A stretch of 64,000 bases of DNA. It comes from an uncultured virus (IMG/VR IMGVR_UViG_3300024520_000070). Lineage: Duplodnaviria; Heunggongvirae; Uroviricota; Caudoviricetes. This document shows positions 1 to 9,099 of the stretch, one piece after another. The position numbers and the translations under genes were made by a program. Position 1 is the stretch's first letter. Every line of letters starts with the position of its first letter. The notes under the pieces were generated by a model, which was given only the letters and a program-made list of their open reading frames with translations, had not been told where the DNA came from and ran no database searches. The stretch lies in IMG/VR virus record IMGVR_UViG_3300024520_000070; one strand, written 5' to 3'.

Positions 1-463
1 CCAAGAGAAAATAGATGCCAGACTTAAAAAAACTCAAAAACAAATTAGGGATCATAAAGAATACACCATAGGAAAAAACCAAGATAAAAGAATTGCCCGA
101 ATTAAAATAAATCTTCCTAAAAAAGGAGAAACATTCACGGGTAATAATATTGTAGCTGATCTTTCAAAAGTGGATAAAGAATGGATTATGGGGAATGTAG
201 ATCTTATTAATTCTAAGGCTACAAAATTTGATGATTTAAATGACAACCAAAAAGAAATATATCGAGCAAATTTAAATGATCAGTACTTAAAAATGATTGG
301 AAAAATCTATAAAGAGGTTGGTTACGGAAAAGGGGAAATAGAAGATATTCAAGAAACAATTAGTGAAGGCACACATTCTAAAAAAGGAGTCTTAGAAAAA
401 GCACAGGGAGGTCCTATATATGGTCGATACGCCAATCAAATCAAAAAACTCAAAATATCCTAA
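1..463 (+). CDS. 3' end of a large hypothetical protein, 5'-truncated by the window; probably continues the ORF at 62652-64000
   Basis: Frame 2 is open from base 2 (QEKIDARLKK...) to TAA 463; ends with the AQGGPI tag. Confidence 0.7.
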   Translation, partial: QEKIDARLKKTQKQIRDHKEYTIGKNQDKRIARIKINLPKKGETFTGNNIVADLSKVDKEWIMGNVDLINSKATKFDDLNDNQKEIYRANLNDQYLKMIGKIYKEVGYGKGEIEDIQETISEGTHSKKGVLEKAQGGPIYGRYANQIKKLKIS

Positions 464-599
464 GACCTGGCTCCTGCCGCCTGAAGCAGGGCCCATGCCT
501 CAGGGCTTGAATATTAATTATAATACTGTTAAAACAGTCAAATTGGAGAAAATAAATGGCAGACAAAATAGACAAAGCTCTACCAAACGAGCCACGTAA
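420..599 (+). CDS. small hypothetical protein (59 aa) with a PPxxGPxPQGL motif
   Basis: Not in the ORF track; ATG420 reads MVDTPIKSKNSKYPKTWLLPPEAGPMPQGLNINY... to TAA599 and fills the gap before the portal. Confidence 0.55.
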   Translation: MVDTPIKSKNSKYPKTWLLPPEAGPMPQGLNINYNTVKTVKLEKINGRQNRQSSTKRAT

Positions 600-3054
600 G
601 AATATTCACGTTCCGGCAGAAGAAGAAGTTGTTGAAGCTCAACAAGAAGAGATTGCAGAAACTCCTGACGGCGTTGAAGTAACAGAACAAGAAGACGGAT
701 CAGTTGACATTGACTTTGATCCAGCAGCTGCATCAATGGAAGGCAGCGATGAACACTACGCAAATTTAGCAGAATTTTTACCAGACCAAGTTCTATCCGA
801 AATAGGCTCAGACCTATCCGGAAAATACATGGATTATAATATGGGTAGAAAAGAGTGGGAAAGAACTTATACTACCGGTTTAGATTTATTAGGATTTAAA
901 TATGATATGCGAACTGAACCTTTCCAAGGAGCATCGGGTGCTACTCACCCAGTTCTTGCAGAAGCTGTTACGCAGTTTCAAGCGTTGGCATATAAAGAAT
1001 TATTACCAGCTGATGGGCCTGTCAGAACACAATCCATCGGTGCACCAAACCCAGAAAAAACAAAACAAGCAGAGAGAGTAAAAGATTACATGAACTACGA
1101 GCTCATGGAAAAAATGAAAGACTATGAGCCCGATTTTGATCAAATGTTGTTTTACTTACCTCTAGCAGGTTCAGCATTTAAAAAAGTTTATTATGATGAA
1201 CTAGCAGAAAGAGCAACTTCAAAGTTTGTTCCTGCAGATGATTTGATTGTTCCGTATACGGCTACCTCATTAGACGAAGCGGAAGCAATCATACATCGAG
1301 TTAAAGTTTCTAAAAACGAATTAAGAAAACAACAAGTCGCAGGTTTCTATAAAGATATAGAACTAGGGACTCCTTCTTCAATAGAAGATGACGTTAAGAA
1401 AAAAGAGAGAGAATTAGAAGGTCAAAGAAAAACTAAAGATGACGATGTTTATACTCTTTTAGAATGTCATATTAATTTAGACCTAGAAGGTTTTGAAGAC
1501 ACTGATCAAGAAACAGGTGAACCATCTGGAATTAAAATTCCTTACATTGTAACCATTGAAGAAGCGTCAAGACAAGTTTTAGCTATTAAACGAAATTATG
1601 AAATTGGGGATCCGAAGAAAAATAAAATAGAATACTTTGTTCATTTTAAATTTTTACCTGGACTAGGTTTCTATGGCTTCGGTCTCATCCATATGATTGG
1701 TGGTCTATCAAGAACTGCAACTGCAGCTCTACGTCAATTATTGGATGCGGGTACGCTCTCCAACTTACCCGCCGGATTTAAAATGCGTGGCATTAGAATT
1801 AGAGATGACGCGCAATCAATTCAACCAGGCGAGTTTAGAGATGTCGATGCTCCTGGTGGTAACTTAAAAGATTCATTTATGATGTTACCATTTAAAGAGC
1901 CTTCTCAAACTTTATTACAATTAATGGGTATTGTTGTCCAAGCCGGACAAAGATTTGCATCAATTGCTGATCTACAAGTTGGCGATGGCAATCAACAAGC
2001 AGCCGTCGGTACAACTGTTGCTTTACTTGAAAGAGGCAGTAGAACGATGTCAGCAATACATAAAAGAATTTACTCAGCTCTTAAACAGGAATTCAAATTA
2101 TTAGCTAGAGTATTTAAATTATATTTACCACCGGAATATCCGTACGACGTAGTTGGGGGTCAAAGAATGATTAAACAAACAGACTTTGATGATCGGGTAG
2201 ATATACTGCCAGTTGCTGACCCTAACATTTTCTCTCAAACTCAGCGTATTTCCCTTGCGCAAACAGAGTTGCAATTGGCAGTAGCAAATCCACAGATGCA
2301 CAACATGTATCAAGCTTATCGAAACATGTATGAAGCGTTAGGTGTAAAAGATATTGATCAATTATTAGTAAAACCACCTCAACCAACACCTATGGATCCG
2401 GCGTTAGAAAATATTTTAGCTCTTAGTGGAAAACCATTTCAAGCTTTCCCTGGTCAAGACCATAGAGCACACATAACAACCCATTTAAATTTTATGGCAA
2501 CTAATATTGCTAGAAATAATCCAATGGTTATGGCTTCAATGGAAAAAAATATAATGGAACACATTTCCTTAATGGCTCAAGAACAAATTGAATTAGAATT
2601 TAGAGCAGAGATTCCGCAATTACAGCAAATGCAACAAATGGCTCAACAGAATCCGCAAATACAGACGCAATTAATGATGTTGCAACAAAAAATTGAAGCA
2701 AGAAAAGCAATCTTGATTGCAGAGATGATGGAAGAGTTCATGACTGAAGAAAAGAAAATTACTTCTCAATTTGATCATGATCCAATTGCTAAATTAAGAT
2801 CAAGAGAGTTAGATCTCAGAGCAGCCGATAATTTTAGAAAAAAACAACAAGATGATGAGAGAATTAATCTTGATCGGATGAAGGCAATGATGAATCAACG
2901 CACTCAAGAAGAGAAGTTAGAACAAAATGAAGATCTAGCTCATTTAAGAGCAGATACTTCGATTGAAAAAACAATTTTAGGTAAGACTCTCCCAAGTGTG
3001 GATAAAATGATACCTAGTGTTGAGATTGAAAAATACAAAGGAGAAAACAAATGA
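556..3054 (+). CDS. portal protein (P22-like, long coiled-coil C-terminus)
   Basis: 832 aa; motifs HPVLAEAVTQFQA, AGSAFKKVYYD, GFYGFGL, LLDAGTLSN; GGAG SD; lies downstream of terL on the circle. Confidence 0.9.
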   Translation: MADKIDKALPNEPRKNIHVPAEEEVVEAQQEEIAETPDGVEVTEQEDGSVDIDFDPAAASMEGSDEHYANLAEFLPDQVLSEIGSDLSGKYMDYNMGRKEWERTYTTGLDLLGFKYDMRTEPFQGASGATHPVLAEAVTQFQALAYKELLPADGPVRTQSIGAPNPEKTKQAERVKDYMNYELMEKMKDYEPDFDQMLFYLPLAGSAFKKVYYDELAERATSKFVPADDLIVPYTATSLDEAEAIIHRVKVSKNELRKQQVAGFYKDIELGTPSSIEDDVKKKERELEGQRKTKDDDVYTLLECHINLDLEGFEDTDQETGEPSGIKIPYIVTIEEASRQVLAIKRNYEIGDPKKNKIEYFVHFKFLPGLGFYGFGLIHMIGGLSRTATAALRQLLDAGTLSNLPAGFKMRGIRIRDDAQSIQPGEFRDVDAPGGNLKDSFMMLPFKEPSQTLLQLMGIVVQAGQRFASIADLQVGDGNQQAAVGTTVALLERGSRTMSAIHKRIYSALKQEFKLLARVFKLYLPPEYPYDVVGGQRMIKQTDFDDRVDILPVADPNIFSQTQRISLAQTELQLAVANPQMHNMYQAYRNMYEALGVKDIDQLLVKPPQPTPMDPALENILALSGKPFQAFPGQDHRAHITTHLNFMATNIARNNPMVMASMEKNIMEHISLMAQEQIELEFRAEIPQLQQMQQMAQQNPQIQTQLMMLQQKIEARKAILIAEMMEEFMTEEKKITSQFDHDPIAKLRSRELDLRAADNFRKKQQDDERINLDRMKAMMNQRTQEEKLEQNEDLAHLRADTSIEKTILGKTLPSVDKMIPSVEIEKYKGENK

Positions 3055-3227
3055 CGCTAAACATTAAAAAAGCGATAAAAAAGCCTGGAGCATTGAGAAA
3101 GTCCCTTGGAATTAAAAAAGGGGATACAATTCCAGCATCTAAGTTACGAGCAGCAGCTAAGAAACCAGGAAAACTTGGACAAAGAGCTAGATTTGCTGTA
3201 ACATTGGGTAAGTTACGTAAAAAATAA
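3051..3227 (+). CDS. small Lys/Arg-rich putative DNA-binding/core protein (58 aa)
   Basis: ATGA overlap with the portal stop, AGGAG SD; MTLNIKKAIKKPGALRKSLGIKKGDTIPASKLRAAAKKPGKLGQRARFAVTLGKLRKK. Confidence 0.75.
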   Translation: MTLNIKKAIKKPGALRKSLGIKKGDTIPASKLRAAAKKPGKLGQRARFAVTLGKLRKK

Positions 3228-3236
3228 GGAGAAAAA

Positions 3237-3461
3237 ATGGCTAAAGTAGATACAAACAAAGCATTAGGTATTAATAAAGATGGTTACCAAAAAGGTGGCA
3301 TCGATATTGAAACTCCAAGTCAAAATTTGGAGAGAGATTCTAGATCAAAAACTCTTGCTGATGGTATGCAGTGGAATGTAATACCAACTGGCGACAAAGT
3401 TGAGGTCAAAGGAACTAAAAGAATGCTGAAATCGAAAAGCAAGACCGCAACTTGGTATTAG
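3237..3461 (+). CDS. hypothetical protein
   Basis: AGGAG SD; 74 aa; ends KSKTATWY. Confidence 0.75.
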   Translation: MAKVDTNKALGINKDGYQKGGIDIETPSQNLERDSRSKTLADGMQWNVIPTGDKVEVKGTKRMLKSKSKTATWY

Positions 3462-3462
3462 T

Positions 3463-3846
3463 ATGTGGTTTGGTGCTATTAAATTAGCTCTTAACGCTGG
3501 AACTCACATTTACAAAAAGCGTCAAGAGACAAAGATGGCTATGGCGGATGCACAACATATGCATGCGCGAAAGATGGCCAGCGGCGAAGAACAATACCAA
3601 GGCAAACTTTTAGAGGCTCGGCAAAACGATTATAAGGACGAGGTAGTTTTGGCGATTCTCACACTGCCCATAATAATTTTGGCCTGGGGAGTATGGTCAG
3701 ACGATCCGGCGGCTATGGAGAAGATAAAAGTGTTCTTTGAGCATTTTCAGGCGCTTCCCTCATGGTTTACAAATTTATGGATTTTAGTATGCGCGAGCAT
3801 ATTTGGTATAAAAGGCACTCAAATATTTAGGGGTGGTAAAAAATAA
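3463..3846 (+). CDS. membrane protein, putative holin (GTA 3TM holin-like)
   Basis: Two hydrophobic helices (VVLAILTLPIIILAWGVW; WFTNLWILVCASIFGIKG) and a basic C-terminus. Confidence 0.55.
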   Translation: MWFGAIKLALNAGTHIYKKRQETKMAMADAQHMHARKMASGEEQYQGKLLEARQNDYKDEVVLAILTLPIIILAWGVWSDDPAAMEKIKVFFEHFQALPSWFTNLWILVCASIFGIKGTQIFRGGKK

Positions 3847-3848
3847 GC

Positions 3849-3877
3849 TAGACATCAATTAATAAAAACAATATAAA
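3849..3877 (+). promoter_or_regulatory. sigma70-like promoter
   Basis: TAGACA-17 nt-TATAAA in an intergenic gap. Confidence 0.5.
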
Positions 3878-3894
3878 CAATCAAGGAGAAAACT

Positions 3895-4083
3895 ATGAGA
3901 AACGATTTTGGAACAAGACCCTTTGCACCCAGATTCCCTTACAAGAGCGGAAAGTCTGTCAAGAAGCAAACAGCTAATGACAAACTAGACGAATCTTTAG
4001 GTGAAAGACGTGGCGCAGAGTCTACAAAAACACAAAGCTACAAATCTAGACGAGACGAGTCTAGAGGCGCGTCAAAAGCATAA
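3895..4083 (+). CDS. small basic hypothetical protein
   Basis: AGGAG SD; 62 aa. Confidence 0.7.
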   Translation: MRNDFGTRPFAPRFPYKSGKSVKKQTANDKLDESLGERRGAESTKTQSYKSRRDESRGASKA

Positions 4084-4092
4084 GGAGGACAC

Positions 4093-4287
4093 GTGGCTAA
4101 AAAAAGAAAAAACACTAGCAGAGAAAACAGACTAGAAGAACTTGGTCGTGTTGATTCTGAAAAAGCTTATTCAAGAAAAGGCAAAAGAAATTTAAAATCT
4201 GAGAAAAAAAGAATTGTACGTGAATTACATTCACATGGCGGTTCTGTAGGAGCGGCTCTTAGAGGTTTCGGAGCGGAGATCAAATAA
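4093..4287 (+). CDS. small basic hypothetical protein
   Basis: AGGAGG SD, GTG start; C-terminal SHGGSVGAALRGFG. Confidence 0.7.
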   Translation: MAKKRKNTSRENRLEELGRVDSEKAYSRKGKRNLKSEKKRIVRELHSHGGSVGAALRGFGAEIK

Positions 4288-4511
4288 TGACAAATAAAAG
4301 AGGAATAAACACTTCAATTTTAATTAAAAACGGACCTACAAGTGCAGGGAACGGTAGAGGAATAACTCAACCACCAGCAGCGAATCCGGGTTTACCACAA
4401 ACTGGTACATTAGGTGCAAATGCCATCACAATTAATAAAGGTAGAAGAGCAATCGATAATACAGCTTCTAATGCTAATATTACTTTGATTGGCGCTAGAA
4501 CAAAAGTCTAA
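4287..4511 (+). CDS. hypothetical protein
   Basis: TAATG coupling at both ends. Confidence 0.65.
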   Translation: MTNKRGINTSILIKNGPTSAGNGRGITQPPAANPGLPQTGTLGANAITINKGRRAIDNTASNANITLIGARTKV

Positions 4512-4750
4512 TGGCTCAGAAAGACGTTCAAAAACTCCAGCAACTGATGCAGGGGAAGAAGAAGAAGCCCCCTGTTAAAACTGCAAGACAAGCAGCCCTA
4601 GAAGGTAGAAAACACTTTAAACATGGCGGAACTAACTCTATGATAAGACAAGCTCAGAAAAATTATAACGGTAGTTATATTCGTGGAGATTTAGGCGGAG
4701 TAAAAGTAGGAAATAAATCCTACGCTAAATATTACAAAGGAATGGTATAA
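4511..4750 (+). CDS. small basic hypothetical protein
   Basis: TAATG coupling; contains FKHGG; ends YAKYYKGMV. Confidence 0.7.
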   Translation: MAQKDVQKLQQLMQGKKKKPPVKTARQAALEGRKHFKHGGTNSMIRQAQKNYNGSYIRGDLGGVKVGNKSYAKYYKGMV

Positions 4751-4769
4751 AAATTCAAGAAAGAATAAA

Positions 4770-5003
4770 ATGGATGAATTAGCAATACTGCAAAAAGTAC
4801 AAAGAAATCTGAAAGAACTCTATCAACAAATCGGCGATGCAATGATCGCAGGAGGGGTTGACAATATGGAGAAATACAAATATATGATGGGACAGGCCCA
4901 TGCCTACTATAAAATATCACAGGATATCTCTAGCCTGCTAAACAAGAAGGAGCAAAAAAATGAAGGAACCGTTATTAAGTTCAACACCTCAGAAGAAGAC
5001 TAA
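4770..5003 (+). CDS. hypothetical protein preceding GroES
   Basis: 77 aa helical protein with GGVDNMEKYKYMMG. Confidence 0.7.
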   Translation: MDELAILQKVQRNLKELYQQIGDAMIAGGVDNMEKYKYMMGQAHAYYKISQDISSLLNKKEQKNEGTVIKFNTSEED

Positions 5004-5427
5004 TAAAACAGCATTATTAGATAAATACAAAGATTTTCAAGAAACAGAAACTAAAAAACAAAAAGATTCTTTCGAATCTTTACAAAATAAAGAAACCACT
5101 AAACTTCCAACCCCTACTGGGTGGAGAATGTTGATTTTACCATTTAAGATGGGACAAAAAACTAAAGGCGGCATACATTTAGCCGATGAAACTATTGAGC
5201 GATCACAAGTCGCTTCAACTTGTGGACTTGTTTTAAAAACAGGACCACATTGCTACGACAAAGAAAAATTCCCAGAAGGCCCTTGGTGTAAAAAGGGAGA
5301 CTGGGTAATCTTTGCAAGATATGCAGGATCAAGAATCCTGATAGATGGAGGGGAAGTAAGATTGCTAAACGACGATGAAATTTTAGCAACCATCGATAAT
5401 CCCTCAGATATATTTCATCAATATTAA
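4960..5427 (+). CDS. groES: GroES/Cpn10-like co-chaperonin
   Basis: PTGWRMLILP, mobile loop TKGGIHL, GDWVIFARYAG, RLLNDDEILA. Confidence 0.9.
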   Translation: MKEPLLSSTPQKKTNKTALLDKYKDFQETETKKQKDSFESLQNKETTKLPTPTGWRMLILPFKMGQKTKGGIHLADETIERSQVASTCGLVLKTGPHCYDKEKFPEGPWCKKGDWVIFARYAGSRILIDGGEVRLLNDDEILATIDNPSDIFHQY

Positions 5428-5441
5428 CATAGGAGATAACT

Positions 5442-6443
5442 ATGCCAGAAGCAGAAGAAAAGAAAACAGTAGATATTGATACATCCGGTCCAGCAATGGA
5501 TGTTGATATCCCTGAAAAAAAAGACGAAGCTGCTATCGAAGAAAAAGAGGTTGTTCAAAAAGAAGAACCTACGGTTAGAGAAGTAGTTGAAGAAAAACCC
5601 GCTGTAGAACCAGTGGTTGAAGAAGTGAAAGAAGTAAAAGTAGAAAAAGAATTTAAAGATGAAAAAGAAAAAGAATTAGAGCAATACTCTGACAGTGTTC
5701 AGAAAAGAATAGCTAAGCTAACTAAAAAAATGCGTGAAGCAGAACGGCAAAAAGATGAAGCCATCGGTTATGCGCAGAGAGTGATTCAAGCAAAAGAAAA
5801 AACTGATGCTAAAATTGCTAAGCTTGAACCAAGCTATTTGTCTGTTTCTGAAGAAGGTATTAAAACCGGTTTAGAAGCTGCGAAAGCAAAACTTGCTGCC
5901 GCTAGAGAAGCAAATGATCTAGGTGCAGAAGCAACCGCTTTGCAGGATATATCTGAATTAGGTGTTAGAAATGTACAACTTAGAGACACTAAAGCTGCAC
6001 AAGAAGAGTATAATAAACATCAACAAGCCAAGATAAAGGAACCAAGTCTTGCTAGATCGTTAGCAGCTAAAGGGACACCCGATCCTAAAGCAGAAGCCTG
6101 GGCAGAAAAAAATGAATGGTTTGGCCAAAATAATGCCATGACCTATACTGCCTTTGATCTTCATAAAACACTAACTGAAAAAGAAGGCTTTGATCCATCA
6201 AGTGACGAATATTATGCGGAAATAGACAAGAGAATAAAGCTTGATTTCCCCCATAAATTTGATAGAACAACATTAGCGGAAGGAACGACCAAGCCGACGC
6301 AAACAGTAGCTTCAGCGAAGCGAAGCGTAAAACCCGGTCGCAAAACCGTGAGACTCACACCCTCACAAGTTACAATCGCTAAAAAATTAGGTGTGCCACT
6401 TGAAGAGTATGCGAAACAATTAAACATCACGAAGGAGGCATAA
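5442..6443 (+). CDS. capsid scaffolding protein (putative)
   Basis: Acidic N-terminus, coiled coil, C-terminal LTPSQVTIAKKLGVPLEEYAK; upstream of the capsid genes. Confidence 0.75.
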   Translation: MPEAEEKKTVDIDTSGPAMDVDIPEKKDEAAIEEKEVVQKEEPTVREVVEEKPAVEPVVEEVKEVKVEKEFKDEKEKELEQYSDSVQKRIAKLTKKMREAERQKDEAIGYAQRVIQAKEKTDAKIAKLEPSYLSVSEEGIKTGLEAAKAKLAAAREANDLGAEATALQDISELGVRNVQLRDTKAAQEEYNKHQQAKIKEPSLARSLAAKGTPDPKAEAWAEKNEWFGQNNAMTYTAFDLHKTLTEKEGFDPSSDEYYAEIDKRIKLDFPHKFDRTTLAEGTTKPTQTVASAKRSVKPGRKTVRLTPSQVTIAKKLGVPLEEYAKQLNITKEA

Positions 6444-6447
6444 GCAT

Positions 6448-6906
6448 ATGAGTACAGATAAAAAAACCCCCCGTGCGAGTCAAACTAGAGAAAAGGAATC
6501 TCAAAAAAAAGTTTGGTCTCCACCATCATCTTTAGATGCACCCCCTGCGCCAACAGGTTTTCAGCACAGGTGGATAAGAGCTGAGTCTATGGGCTTTCAG
6601 GACGTTAAAAATGTCCAAGGTCGGATTAGATCAGGATATGAATTAGTTAGATCTGATGAATATCCAGACGGCGGTTATCCAGTAGTTGAGGACGGCAAAT
6701 ATAAGGGAGTGATCGGAGTTGGCGGCCTAGTGCTCGCTAGAGTACCGGACGAGATCGTGCAAGCCAGAGCTGATTATTATGCAAAACAACATAATGATAA
6801 AGTAGAAGCGCTAGACAACGATCTTATGAAGGAAGAGCATCAGAGTATGCCTATCAATATTGATAGACAATCTCGCGTAACTTTTGGTGGCTCAAAGAAA
6901 AGTTAA
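6448..6906 (+). CDS. hypothetical head-module protein
   Basis: GGAGG SD; WSPPSSLDAPPAP, GVGGLVLAR. Confidence 0.75.
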   Translation: MSTDKKTPRASQTREKESQKKVWSPPSSLDAPPAPTGFQHRWIRAESMGFQDVKNVQGRIRSGYELVRSDEYPDGGYPVVEDGKYKGVIGVGGLVLARVPDEIVQARADYYAKQHNDKVEALDNDLMKEEHQSMPINIDRQSRVTFGGSKKS

Positions 6907-6987
6907 TTTTTTAACGATTCCCAACCACAAAGGTAAGATAAACAATGACTGGAGGCTCGAAAGGGCAGGTCAATTAAGGAGGCCATC

Positions 6988-7563
6988 ATGGCAAATACAA
7001 GTAACCGATTCGGCTTAAGAGCAATCGGTAAAGTTGGACAGAATGATGATAACCAAGGTTTATCTGAGTATACAGTAGCGGCTAGTACGACTAGTGCTAT
7101 TTTCTTCCAGGATCCAGTGAAAGCTAGTTCCAATGGAGTAATAGTAAGAGCGATAGCAGGCGAAACTATCTTAGGTGGATTGAACGGTATTTTCTACACT
7201 GATTCAACAACAAGCAAGCCTACGTGGGCTAACAATCTCGCTGCATCAAATGCGGCAACTGATATTGTTGGTTTCGTAGCAGATGACCCTTATGAGAGAT
7301 TCGAGATCAAATCGAACAACGCAGGTGCGTCAGCACAGACGGATGTTTTTATGAACTTCGATATCTCTTACGTAGCAGGAGATTCAGCTAACTATGTTTC
7401 AAAAGTTAGTTTGGATGACGCAACTGCTTCTACGGCAAGCGGTCAACTTAAAGTACTAGGCGTTTCAAAAAACATAGCGGACAACGAAATTGGCTCAGCC
7501 AATGTAAATTGGGTCGTTACTGTTAATGAACACTGGTTAAAATCAGCGGTGAATGGAGTATAG
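6988..7563 (+). CDS. putative head decoration/minor capsid protein
   Basis: AGGAGG SD; beta-rich; directly upstream of the major capsid gene. Confidence 0.6.
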   Translation: MANTSNRFGLRAIGKVGQNDDNQGLSEYTVAASTTSAIFFQDPVKASSNGVIVRAIAGETILGGLNGIFYTDSTTSKPTWANNLAASNAATDIVGFVADDPYERFEIKSNNAGASAQTDVFMNFDISYVAGDSANYVSKVSLDDATASTASGQLKVLGVSKNIADNEIGSANVNWVVTVNEHWLKSAVNGV

Positions 7564-7572
7564 GAGAATAAC

Positions 7573-8484
7573 ATGGCTATATCACGAGGACAACTAGTTA
7601 AAGAACTAGAGCCAGGTTTGAATGCTTTATTCGGCCTGGAATATAAACGTTATGAAAATCAGCATGCTGAGGTATACGTAACAGAAACTTCGGACAGAGC
7701 GTTCGAAGAAGAAGTTATGTTATCTGGTTTTGCAAATGCAGCGGTTAAACCGGAAGGTGGTGCAGTAACTTTTGACAATGCTCAAGAGACTTACACAGCA
7801 CGTTACACTATGGAAACAATTGCATTAGCATTCGCGATCACTGAAGAAGCGATCGAGGATAATTTGTACGATAGACTCGCGTCTAGATATACAAAAGCAT
7901 TAGCTAGATCCATGGCGAATACTAAACAAATCAAAGCAGTTGATCCATTGATTAATGGGTTACCGCAAACGGCAACTTATCTCTCAGGAGATGGGTCTGC
8001 ATTATTTGCGACTAATCACCCAACAATCGCTGGAACAGTTAGTAATACTTTGACAACTCAAGCGGACCTTAACGAAACATCATTGGAGCAGTCTTTAATA
8101 GACATCGCTGCAATGACGGACGAAAGAGGTTTAAAAATTGCTGCAAGAGGAATGAAAATGATCGTTCCACCTGCCGGCCAATTTAATGCTGAGAGACTTA
8201 TGAAGTCACAAGGTAGAACTAGTACAGCTGATAATGATATCAATGCAATCGTTTCTATGGGAATGGTTCCTCAAGGTTACAGAGTGAACAATTTCTTAAC
8301 TGATGCAGATTCTTGGTATGTTATCACTGATGTTCCAAATGGAATGAAGTACTTCGAGAGAACTCCCATCAAAACAGCGATGGAAGGTGATTTCGATACT
8401 GGCAACGTAAGATACAAAGCTAGAGAAAGATACAGATTTGGTGTATCCGACTATAGAGGTATCTTTGGCGTTCAAGGTGCTTAA
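7573..8484 (+). CDS. major capsid protein (HK97 fold)
   Basis: MAISRGQLVKELEPGLNALFG, AFAITEEAIEDNLY, GDFDTGNVRYKARERY; strong SD; followed by a terminator hairpin. Confidence 0.9.
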   Translation: MAISRGQLVKELEPGLNALFGLEYKRYENQHAEVYVTETSDRAFEEEVMLSGFANAAVKPEGGAVTFDNAQETYTARYTMETIALAFAITEEAIEDNLYDRLASRYTKALARSMANTKQIKAVDPLINGLPQTATYLSGDGSALFATNHPTIAGTVSNTLTTQADLNETSLEQSLIDIAAMTDERGLKIAARGMKMIVPPAGQFNAERLMKSQGRTSTADNDINAIVSMGMVPQGYRVNNFLTDADSWYVITDVPNGMKYFERTPIKTAMEGDFDTGNVRYKARERYRFGVSDYRGIFGVQGA

Positions 8485-8499
8485 TATAAAATAATATTT

Positions 8500-8530
8500 T
8501 GTGGCGGGACATAGTTCCGCCACAATTTAC
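8500..8530 (+). terminator. intrinsic terminator-like hairpin after the capsid gene
   Basis: TGTGGCGGGA-catag-TTCCGCCACA followed by ATTT. Confidence 0.65.
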
Positions 8531-8545
8531 AAATAGAAAGAATAA

Positions 8546-8788
8546 ATGAAGGAATATCTTGTACACATCTGGGCATATGATTATCACGCTAAATTTCAAA
8601 TTTCAGCTGAAGATAATCGCGAATCTATTGAAAAATCTATTGTTGACAAATTAGGAGAAAAAAGTGTAAAGTGGGAATCATCGGGAATGTTTAGAGATGT
8701 TCCTAACAGAATAACCTATGAGGAGGTTAGTCATGACCGAAGACCTATACAAACAAAAGAGGTCCTTGGAGTTAGGGTGGCAGTATGA
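8546..8788 (+). CDS. hypothetical protein
   Basis: 80 aa ORF with a purine-rich leader. Confidence 0.6.
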   Translation: MKEYLVHIWAYDYHAKFQISAEDNRESIEKSIVDKLGEKSVKWESSGMFRDVPNRITYEEVSHDRRPIQTKEVLGVRVAV

Positions 8789-8942
8789 GTATAATCAACA
8801 TGGAAAATATACTCTTAATATGGTCGAGATTGATGAAAAGATTAGATCTATCATCACCCAGATCAAAGCTGAAGAGTTCAAAATTGCTGACAGAGAAATT
8901 AAGATCAGTAATTCAGCACCCGAAGTTTCTGTGGCCACTTAA
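8733..8942 (+). CDS. hypothetical protein
   Basis: GGAGG SD before ATG8733 (MTEDLYKQK...); overlaps the upstream ORF. Confidence 0.65.
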   Translation: MTEDLYKQKRSLELGWQYEYNQHGKYTLNMVEIDEKIRSIITQIKAEEFKIADREIKISNSAPEVSVAT

Positions 8943-8986
8943 ATAAACGCCACATCGCTGAAATCGTACTTTTGCCGTAGGATCTC

Positions 8987-9015
8987 TTGCACTCAATCAA
9001 AAATTAAGCTATAAA
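8987..9015 (+). promoter_or_regulatory. sigma70-like promoter
   Basis: TTGCAC-17 nt-TATAAA. Confidence 0.55.
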
Positions 9016-9039
9016 CAAATTACTATACAATTATTAATT

Positions 9040-9093
9040 GGATATCGACGCGTATAGTCGACGGCCTAGAGACGATATCCTACAAACTAGGAG
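9040..9093 (+). ncRNA. candidate cis-regulatory 5'-UTR RNA (stem plus SD-sequestering pseudoknot)
   Basis: GGATATCG 9040-47 pairs with CGATATCC 9073-80; loop CCTAG 9065-69 is complementary to CTAGG 9087-91, which overlaps the AGGAG SD. Confidence 0.55.
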
Positions 9094-9099
9094 AATAAA

